From an uncultured Gammaproteobacteria bacterium (GTDB lineage Bacteria > Patescibacteriota > Microgenomatia > Levybacterales > UBA12049), in contig CAZDOJ010000003.1 of assembly GCA_964507055.1 (NCBI GenBank), positions 4,819-68,818 of the forward strand: 64,000 bases of DNA, written 5' to 3'. Positions within the stretch are counted from its first letter, which is position 1. Every line of letters starts with the position of its first letter. This document shows positions 34,001-37,332 of the stretch, in pieces. Under the pieces are notes generated by a model. That model made no database searches. It was not told the origin of the DNA and saw only the letters and a program-made list of their open reading frames with translations. A program made the translations under genes and the position numbers.

Positions 34001-35941
34001 AACAGTTAAAAGCCCTTCCGGGCTTGTGGTGCCTATACCAACTCTTCCATTGTCGTATATGCTCGAGTCAGATATCCCACTCGAACTCGTAAACTTGGCT
34101 ATGTAATTGGTGGTACCGGAACCGGAAATGCCTCCTCCTCCACCTCCACTACAATTTCCCGAAGTCAAACAAACAGTTCCACTTGCATCAGGGAAGGTAT
34201 ACGTTCGACCGGTTGTTAGTGGATCCATACTGATTGTTCCAGTCAAGCCAGATCCAAATACAATCTGATTCGCACTATTGGTCAAGTTCAAAGTTGCAAA
34301 AGTTGGTGAAGCTGCAGTATGAATATCCTGTGGTGTAGAGAATGTAATCGAACCAGCACCGTTGCTTATAGTAATTTGATTGACCGTACCTGTCAGGTTG
34401 CCCAATGTATAGTCAGTTCCATTTCCTATAAGAAGTTGGCCATTTGTAGGTATTGAGGCTAACCCTGTTCCTCCGTTTGCTACAGGGAGAACGCCAGTTA
34501 CTTCAAGAGCTCCGCCTGATAAGTTCAACGCACTTGTTGAGAGCAAACCATTACTGTCAGCCTTTACGATACCTGTACTCAAACCGGAAACAGTCAAACT
34601 ACCTGAGAATCTTCCATTACCTGTGACATCCAAAGTAGCACCAGGTGCTGTGTTTCCTATGCCTACATTACCGAGGTTGTAATATATATCGGATCCTGTA
34701 GTTGTCCACTGACTTGTGGCTGACCCATTCGCTGAAATAGTCAAAGTTTTGTCTGTAGTATTTGTGCTGAGCGTAATTCCGCTTCCAGCAGCGAAATTAA
34801 ATGTGTCTGTATTCGAACCAGCGGAGACTGGAGTGCCATCGATATTGAACGTGCTAAATATCTTTTGTCCTGAACCAGGATCGCTGTTGGTTATAGTAAG
34901 ATTATTAAGCGTAATTCCAGCTCCCTGAGTAAAGTTAAGAGCTCCTGTCTGACCCTGAAGCGAAAGTACACCAGTGTTGGTGATAGTTAATCCATCAAGT
35001 CCTATTCCTGATCCCTGAGCTAAAGCTACTTCGCCTGTTTGACCTTGGAATGATCTGACTAACCCACTACCCAAGTTAGCTGAGATTGTAGGATTCTGGG
35101 GATCACCCGTGACTGAAATGTTTGTACCAGCAAGAACAGAATAGACCACGTTTGATGCTGTCAATCGACCTGTGCCCGCATCAATATCAGAATTATTTGT
35201 AACGATGCCTCCACTTGTTGTGGCAATCCCATCAACAGTCAAGCCTTTGCGTATACCAACGCTATCAAGAAAAGTCGCCTGCTTCCCAAAGACAGAAGGG
35301 ATATTCACCCTGAGCACAAAGACCGGAGTATTATCATTTGCTGCTAATACCTCCCGAGCACTTGCACCTTCACGCAGTAATCCTTTCCCAAATCTATCTA
35401 AACTTTCTCCCCAGGTAGGAGCCAAATTCGCAACGAGGACAAATCCTACAAACAGAACTAAGACAGCAAACACGCCAGCCATGGGCGAAACATCTTTCAT
35501 ATCCCGAAGTCTTGATGGCATCTTATATCCACCAAATACATCTTGTCTCGGCTGACTAACTAGATCAGAAACTTGGACATTAGCTTCGGTTTGAGTTTGA
35601 GGCACGACTACGGGGTTAGTTGGAGTTTGTGGGGCTGTAAGCTTTTCGATTGAAGCCTCGGCCTCATGTGTTGGAGTAACAATTGGTTCCTCACTTTGAA
35701 CTGGCTCTGAAGCGACTACAACCGGTGCTGCAGGAGTTGTAGTTGAGCTTGCTGGGGCTGATTGAACAGGCTTGAATCCGTTTTGCTTGAAAGCAAGAAG
35801 TTGCTCCTTCGAATACCTTCGCTGGTTACCAGCGGTTCGATAAGGCAGAAGAACCTTTCGTTCCTCCCAGCGGCGAAGCGTTGTAGGAGAAACTCCTAAA
35901 AGCGTCGCTGCTTCTTGTATTGTGAGCAGTGATTCGTTCAT
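19070..35941 (-). CDS. Giant repetitive surface protein, paralog C (about 5623 aa; the track ORF extends to 35968, but the paralog-consistent ATG is at 35941). Excisionase-type HTH, linker, TM, then an ectodomain built from several long, internally duplicated repeat families.
   Basis: Complete 16.9-kb ORF. 'MNESLLTIQEAATLLGVSPTTLRRWEERKVLLPYRTAGNQRRYS' aligns with the A and B N-termini. TM 'MAGVFAVLVLFVGFVLVANLA'. The repeats include a roughly 693-aa unit duplicated in tandem, 3+ copies of a 'GC.ND.ILKWND..K.W.C..DAGG...' module, and 8+ copies of '..NYWN.ANG.LSP.NST.D.LIGG.ASNSAKFAVLNVNSGTPTASVSA'. Confidence 0.9.
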   Translation of the reverse strand: MNESLLTIQEAATLLGVSPTTLRRWEERKVLLPYRTAGNQRRYSKEQLLAFKQNGFKPVQSAPASSTTTPAAPVVVASEPVQSEEPIVTPTHEAEASIEKLTAPQTPTNPVVVPQTQTEANVQVSDLVSQPRQDVFGGYKMPSRLRDMKDVSPMAGVFAVLVLFVGFVLVANLAPTWGESLDRFGKGLLREGASAREVLAANDNTPVFVLRVNIPSVFGKQATFLDSVGIRKGLTVDGIATTSGGIVTNNSDIDAGTGRLTASNVVYSVLAGTNISVTGDPQNPTISANLGSGLVRSFQGQTGEVALAQGSGIGLDGLTITNTGVLSLQGQTGALNFTQGAGITLNNLTITNSDPGSGQKIFSTFNIDGTPVSAGSNTDTFNFAAGSGITLSTNTTDKTLTISANGSATSQWTTTGSDIYYNLGNVGIGNTAPGATLDVTGNGRFSGSLTVSGLSTGIVKADSNGLLSTSALNLSGGALEVTGVLPVANGGTGLASIPTNGQLLIGNGTDYTLGNLTGTVNQITISNGAGSITFSTPQDIHTAASPTFATLNLTNSANQIVFGSGLTGTISMDPLTTGRTYTFPDASGTVCLTSGNCSGGGGGGISGSGTTNYIAKFTSSSGISDSSIYDNGRVGIGTTSPEGLLTVSGGPAGKALAVFNYTGSGQNILTASASGTTRLTLNSSGDLNIIGGSYQIGGTPVLTSTSLGSGVVSSSLTSVGALNSGSITSGFGNIDVGADAISGGDITSTGSVGFISTGNGAGLNFSGTGNHDVTASSGVLRLGAVTLTGALTGNGQNATGFNNLSASGTVTFGALGTGVVQSNGSGLLSSSALNLAGGTSYVTGVLPVTNGGTGLNSFNTGDLVYASAGNTLAALPIGTEGQVLAVSGAGTPTWISSGTLNYWQRGAGTLAPLNISDDLLVGGVATNSAKFQVFGISGNASTSGTFTFNTAGVIQSTNNQGLTIGGGTTGNITLSPQNGNGTVTSTGNLNLVSGKAYQINGSNVLTETTLGSGVTNSSLTSVGALSAGSITMGFGTINNNNTITGTTLNGTIGVNTGAGAGTQRIDTTGNLTNIGTTQFNGITYSWPGSAGSNNYVLTTDGSGDLTWNDPATLPGVGDITAIGDVISGAAFTAGGTQGTSLYFYDTDGRGQLTIANLTSPRTYTLPDASGEICLDSGNCAGAGGGIVGTGTAGQLAFFTDTGTISSETSGFAWDAINKKLGIGTDTPTGKLSVSGAAAGKALAIFDELGNQDIFSASASGITQLRLARNGDLAIEGMLSDLTQNALTVNDSLNLISGNMFQINGTSVLSASTLGSGVINSSLTSVGALTSGSIANGFGSIFTSNTIQGSDITASGTTGFTATGNGAGLTFSGSGNHSISASSGTLQIGAATLTGDLTGNSQSIVGVNNLSASGTITFGGLSTGIVKSNGSGVLSSSAVNLASGDITGTLATGNGGTGITSVGSAGGVAYSNGSTFAFTGVGSNGEVLISNGSGAPTWASPSSLGTNYWQRNAGLLAPLNIADDLAIGGTSTASAKFQIFGNTGNASTSGSLTFNAAGNIQTTNNQTLTVGGNSTGNIIFSPLNGAGTVLVNGTMNLASGNNYQINGINVLTATTLGTGVVNSSLTNVGALTGGSIANGFGTIATTSTITGTTINGTTGLNTGAGSGTQRVDTNGNLVNIGTTQFNGVTYTWPGSDGSSDYVLTTNSTGGLSWKNVTSVGGAGDITAIGDVISGAAFTAGGTQGTSLYFYDTDGRGQLTIANLTAPRTYTLPDESGEICLDSGNCAGSGGGLVGSGTAGQIAFFDGTGSLSSETSGFSWDALTKKLGIGTDTPTGKLTVSGAAAGKALAVFDETGNQDIITASASGTTQFVLSRNGNLAIEGQLSDLSQNTLTVNDNLNLTTGNEFQINGVSILSASTLGSSVINSSLTSVGALTSGSIASGFGSILTGSTIQGSDITASGTTGFTATGTGAGLTFSGSGNHIVSASSGTLQIGAATLTGAITGNSQSITGLNNLSAAGTITFGGLSTGIVKSNGSGVLSSSAVDLSSGDVTSTLPVGNGGTGQTSFTTNGVVYGNGASALSVTSAPTGGQVLLGNGSGVPTFTTISGGVTISNTGVATIALSSSGDTANTSSNSGLEFNTTDGLSLLRGCANDEILKWNDSTKAWVCATDAGGSGSAGTINVQNNDIGVGSNVDTVDFSTDFTVTASPSNEANVSIADDILDFSEFIDNMTLDAATSIATSNFNLTLGTNAGTGGVVVSPNAGGNSALIVNKQGTGDIFTASASGTTRLTLSNSGDLNITGGNYQIGGTTVLSSNTLGSGVTNSSLTTVGALNAGSITSGFGAIDTGADAISGGDITSTGTTGLAVTGNDADLLFSGTGNHLISASAGTLQLGAATLTGAITGNGQNITGLGNLSASGTVTFGGFTTDGGLLYTNGSGVVAQTAQGTAGQCLQSNGGGAPVWGSCAAGSINYWNQANGALSPMNSTVDFLIGGSASNSAKFAVLNVNSGTPTASVSAGATGATYLTAAGTLQTTNNQTLTIGGNTTGNILLAPLAGAGTVTSTGHLNLASGKEFQINGTSVLTGSTLGAGVVNSSLTSVGALASGSIANGFGSIFTSSTIQGTDITASGATGFTASGNDADLTFSGTGNHTITASGGTLQLGATTLIGAITGNSQNITGLNNLSAAGTITFSGLSTGIVKSNGSGVLSSSAIDLASGDVTGTLAVGNGGTGVTSVGSAGSVAYSNGSSYAFTGVGSNGQVLISNGSGAPSWTDAASVGTNYWQRIAGALSPLSITDDLLIGGTSTASAKFQVFSGTGNATTSGNLTFNGLGVIQTTNNNTLTLGGNTTGNIVLNPLNGSGNVRINGLANCDSIDTDASGNLICGSDAGGGGGAGIVNIQNNDSPVGSSVDTIDFSSDFLVTASPSTEANVSIADDIINFTEIADSLTLDAATSIALSNFDLTLGTNSGIGGIVVAPNAGGNSALIINKQGTGDIFTASAAGTTRFTLASNGNMTATGTLTGLTGLSSSGSITFANFTNNGGLLYTDGSGVVAQTTAGGSGQCLISNGGGAPTWGSCAGGLANYWNQANGVLTPVNSTVDFLIGGQASNSAKFAVLNVNSGTPIASVSAGSTGGISLAANGTIGTTDRQSLTIGNSTTGNVVLNGFGAGIVKTNASGVLSSSAIGLATADVTGTLPVANGGTGQTSFTTNGVVYGNGGSALSVTSAPTGGQVLLGNGSGVPTFTSISGGITLSNTGVATIALTSSGDTVNTSSNSGLEFSTANGLSILRGCNDGQILKWNDTTKVWACGSDAGGTGGPAGVVNVENNDSGVGTDVDTIDFGTDFLVTASPANEANVSIADDVINFTELADSLSLDAATQIALGGFNLTLGTNAGTGGVVVAPNAGGNSALIVNKQGTGDIFTASSSGTTRLTLSSNGDLNIVGGAYMIGGTSVLSSNTLGSGIINSSLTSVGALNAGSITSGFGAIDTGADNISGGNITATGTTGFTGSGNGAGLTFSGTGNHDISASGGVLRLGATTLTGAITGNGQNLTGLANLAASGSITFGGLTTDGGLLYTNGSGVVAQTAAGTGGQCLMSNGGGAPTWGNCTGGLANYWNQANGVITPMNSTVDFLVGGQASNSAKFAVLNVNTGTPTASVSAGSAGAAYLTAAGTLQTTANQTLTIGGNTTGNITLSPLAGAGIVNLTGSLNLASGKEFQINGASVLNATTLGSSVVTSSLTTVGALNAGSITSGFGSIDTGTDAISGGNITSTGTTGFTASGNGAGLAFSGTGNHDISASSGVLRLGATTLTGAITGNSQNITGVANLGTTGTVTFGSFTTDGGLLYTNGSGVVAQTAQGTSGQCLQSNAGGAPTWGSCTGSLANYWNQNNGALSAMNSTVDLLVGGQSSASAKFAILNVNSGTPTASVSAGSAGGASLTADGVLGTTARQSLTLGNSTTGNIVLNGFTAGVVKTNASGVLSSSAIGLATADVTGTLPVGNGGTGATTLTQGGVLYGNGTSPVAASAQGTAGQALLSGGTGAPTWTTGTLALAGNFSTSGANALTLTTTGATNVTLPTTGTLATLAGTETLSGKTLTAPRFVNGGFIADANGNEQLIFGTTASAINELTLTNAAAGGTVTLAATGGDSNIPFAIDAKGTGELRLNGTGTGNVLLGGGFGGTGCTVTNSTGAFACNGAVTGSNISGTTSGTNTGDQTITLTGDVTGSGTGSFATVIADNSVDGTDIALGSDATGDLMYYNGTDWVRLAAGTSTQLLHSGTTPSWGAVSLTADITGVLGSANGGTGANLSAANQGAVPYFSATGVMSALAPGTAGYVLTTNGAGQNPTWSNAAALGTNYWNLANGSLSPVNNTLDLLIGGQASNSAKFAVLNVNSGTPTASVSAGSAGAAYLTAAGALQTTVNQTLSLGGNTTGNIVLNSDGNNFVGIGTATPTNRLTVAGNIEALNGTQQSLLTDTGSIELARTSDDAFIDFKTSTAEDFDARIEGFGGGLAIRTGGSGTQQFVFENGGNLGIGTLDPTTNLHVVGGARITGLANCNTIDTDANGVLSCGTDESGGVQNFWNLNQGTLAPVNSTVDLLIGGTSSSSAKFAILNVNSGTPTASVSAGSAGGASLTATGVLGTTARQSLTLGNNTTGNIVLNGFTAGVVKTNASGVLSSSAIGLATADVTGTLPVGNGGTGATTLTQGGILYGNGTSPVAASAQGTSGQALLSGGTGAPTWTTGALALAGDFTTSGANALTLTTTGTTNVTLPTTGTLATLAGTETLSGKTLTAPRFVNGGFIADANGNEQLIFGTTASAINELTLTNAAAAGAVTLAATGGDSNIPFAIDAKGTGELRLNGTGTGNVLLGGGFGGTGCTVTNSNGNFACNGTLAGSNFSGSTSGTNTGDQTITLTGDVTGTGTGSFGTTIADNSVDGTDIALGSDATGDLMYYNGTDWTRLAAGTGNQLLHSGTTPSWGAVDLTTQITGTLPIANGGTNSTATPTNGGVAYGTGTAFAFTSAGTNGDCFKSNGAAAPTWGSCGGANYWNLANGAFSPVNSTADILIGGTASSSAKFAVLNMNSGTPTASVSATATGNGLSLGGDAVIQSLRNNTLTIGGNTTGNITLSPQAGSGTVTSTGNLNLSSGKEFQINGASILSASTLGSSVVTSSLTTVGVLNSGSINTGFGAIDVGSDNIAGGNITAAGTTGYASTGNGAGLTFSGTGNHDITASVGVLRLGALTLTGTITGNTQSITGLGQLTVDNLRLDNNTLDTTTGDLTLAPNGGDVIFNDATTLNIGGNASDVAYNIIGDTITGANGNMGSDDDLFIEGDLQTLGTIFGNVTGNLTGNVTGNTFTSSSGDITLNAAGSDIIIADNDTLNVGGYGGGSAFNVIGDSVVNNNTADGDNDLYIQDELEVDGIVTIGSTTNGIQFDPAAGPTYYGTARPVRKVTLSAEYPGAILTASNSGTTNGFMTSDASSSASQNLSNFMSYYEWNSSQTAIQDYTVAVRVTLPDDFAAWETSNALQIYYNTELTTNTGNKLDVRVYNSDISLSAAQASTPVAMRVNQTSASQRQWNVISIDDSELDAGNTRDLDAAGETAIIYLKLYSKDNNYTQVGDIVLNYRSNK
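20350..24500. repeat. Intragenic tandem duplication inside giant gene C, period 2079 bp (693 aa), two copies about 85-90 % identical. Boundaries are approximate.
   Basis: The antisense shadow ORFs 21159-21791 and 23217-23870 are about 88 % identical and offset by exactly 2079 bp. The sense-strand protein shows 'NYWQRGAGTLAPLNISDDL...' to 'NYWQRNAGLLAPLNIADDL...' as repeated units. Confidence 0.7.
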
Positions 35942-35968
35942 TGGGCAGCACCGGTAAGTTTTAAGCAC

Positions 35969-35983
35969 AAATGGATAAGTTTG
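35969..35983. repeat. 15-bp direct repeat 'AAATGGATAAGTTTG', copy 1 (copy 2 at 36088-36102). The two copies flank the conserved promoter element of giant gene C.
   Basis: Exact 15/15 match read directly in the sequence at 35969-35983 and 36088-36102. Confidence 0.6.
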
Positions 35984-36006
35984 CTTAACTTTTCACCAGT
36001 ATATTA

Positions 36007-36037
36007 ATTACTACATATATTAATATAGCTTGTCAAG
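36007..36037 (-). promoter_or_regulatory. Conserved promoter/operator-like element upstream of giant gene C (third copy of the motif)
   Basis: The sequence is 'aattactacatatattaatatagcttgtcaagg', followed by 'tattatcttatcttaatcttatc'. It has the same orientation and a similar distance to the ATG as at the other two giant genes. Confidence 0.45.
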
Positions 36038-36087
36038 GCTGAGTATTATCTTATCTTAATCTTATCATAATTCATCCTCTAGAAGCT

Positions 36088-36102
36088 AAATGGATAAGTT
36101 TG
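36088..36102. repeat. 15-bp direct repeat 'AAATGGATAAGTTTG', copy 2
   Basis: Exact match to 35969-35983. Confidence 0.6.
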
Positions 36103-36268
36103 TCTTTAGAAAAAAATCTACTGAGAAAAGATCAATTTCATGACAAAAAAAGTCCTGTGAAAACATCAAAAAATCAACTAATGTAATCGATATCATACTG
36201 ATGCTTTAAAAAATCATTTGAAGTTCTGATACCTTGACGGCTTTTGCAGATTTTGGTACTTTTTGCTT

Positions 36269-37222
36269 ATGCTCGATATAGTCTACGCAATCTCACCATA
36301 CATGCTCCGGTTTCTGGAAAAAGCAGAAATTGCCAGAAAGCAGATACTCCTCTACCCTATGGAACCAAAGAAAGAACTGACAGTGCAGTTTGCAGCAACA
36401 ATGGATCGAATCTACTTTGGTCTTACCGAGACAGAAATTCCTGTTTTGAGGGAAAAAATAAAGTCAATTTTATCCAATCAAATTGTTTTTGCGATGCAAA
36501 AAAATCCGCAGAAAAGGGATCTGATACAAAATACTGTTTTAGGGTACAAACAGTCTCTTGACTATATCAAAAGAGATTGGACATTAAACCCTGAGACAGT
36601 ACAGGCTAAACATATCTTACAAATCTATGATTACATCGGCGGAGAGAAATCAGCAACAATAGAAAAGCATCTTCAGGAAATCACAACATATCTCCAAGTC
36701 AGTTCCGACAATCCATATGTCCAAGCAGCGATCGCAAAACTCCTCTACAGAAGCCTCTTGCCGCCAGGAACAAAGGCAGATATGTTCTCAACGCTTTGTA
36801 GCTATCTATTTCTCTACAAGGGAGGTATCGATTGCCGAGGACTTTTGGTTTTAGAGAAGCCATGGGCTGAAGAAAACAAGATTTTCTTGGGACATTACCA
36901 AACAGCTATCGCCAAGGCAAATGTCACAAGCTGGGTTGAATATTACGTCAAAACCCTTTCCCAAACTCTCGAGCTAACATATTCGCAACTTTCCCAAACA
37001 ACAAAATTGCCAGTACAAGATAACATCGGAAAGTTAAACGAACGACAGAAAACGATTATGACTCTTTTGGACGACCCAAAGACAGTTATAACAAATCGAA
37101 CAGTTCAAAAAATCTTCCACATTTCGCAAATCACTGCATCACGAGATCTTGCAAAATTAACATCATTGGGATTACTCTTCACTCAAGGCAAAGGGAGATC
37201 AGTTCGATATACTAGGATATAG
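36269..37222 (+). CDS. Fic/Doc-fold protein with a degenerate active site and a C-terminal winged-HTH (the track ORF starts at TTG 36263; the first ATG is at 36269)
   Basis: The segment 'NPYVQAAIAKLLYRSLLPPGTKADMFSTLCSYL...WVEYYVKTLSQ' aligns with the Fic core 'HPYV.AA..H..F..IHPF.DGNGR..R......W..FF...L'. The HPFx[DE]GNGR motif is replaced by 'LPPGTKADM'. The C-terminal 'TNRTVQKIFHISQITASRDLAKLTSLGLL' is wHTH-like. Confidence 0.55.
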   Translation: MLDIVYAISPYMLRFLEKAEIARKQILLYPMEPKKELTVQFAATMDRIYFGLTETEIPVLREKIKSILSNQIVFAMQKNPQKRDLIQNTVLGYKQSLDYIKRDWTLNPETVQAKHILQIYDYIGGEKSATIEKHLQEITTYLQVSSDNPYVQAAIAKLLYRSLLPPGTKADMFSTLCSYLFLYKGGIDCRGLLVLEKPWAEENKIFLGHYQTAIAKANVTSWVEYYVKTLSQTLELTYSQLSQTTKLPVQDNIGKLNERQKTIMTLLDDPKTVITNRTVQKIFHISQITASRDLAKLTSLGLLFTQGKGRSVRYTRI

Positions 37223-37286
37223 ATTGATATTTAAGTACTCGATTACGTTGTCGTTTAGTTGAACCATAAAGAACCGCTTCGTTACC

Positions 37287-37316
37287 TTGACATCCCTTCC
37301 AATTCCTGGGTACTAT
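37287..37316 (+). promoter_or_regulatory. Putative sigma70-like promoter for the atp operon: TTGACA (37287-37292), 18-nt spacer, TACTAT (37311-37316). An AGGAGG RBS lies 5 nt before the ATG at 37333.
   Basis: Read directly from the sequence: 'ccTTGACAtcccttccaattcctgggTACTATagaattAGGAGGaactATG'. Confidence 0.35.
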
Positions 37317-37332
37317 AGAATTAGGAGGAACT

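Noticed and set aside
225-35555. Dozens of + strand ORFs (60-270 aa) rich in Pro/Val/Ala/Ile inside 1-35941 (e.g. 1566-1982, 3615-4055, 9685-10164, 21159-21791, 21870-22688, 25437-26255)
   Set aside because: They are antisense shadows of the Gly/Thr/Asn-rich giant genes (GGN/ACN/AAY read backwards gives NCC/NGT/RTT). They are short, lack starts with an RBS, and are fully contained within the long minus-strand ORFs.
35942-35968. N-terminal extension 'MLKTYRCCP' of the giant gene C ORF
   Set aside because: Paralogs A and B start directly at M-[NK]-[NDE]-...-LTIQEAA. The internal ATG at 35941 gives the same N-terminus, so the upstream start is probably not used. This remains uncertain.
36263-36268. 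TTG start of the Fic-like ORF given by the ORF track
   Set aside because: An ATG two codons downstream (36269) is more plausible. Neither has an obvious SD, and the difference is immaterial to the call.
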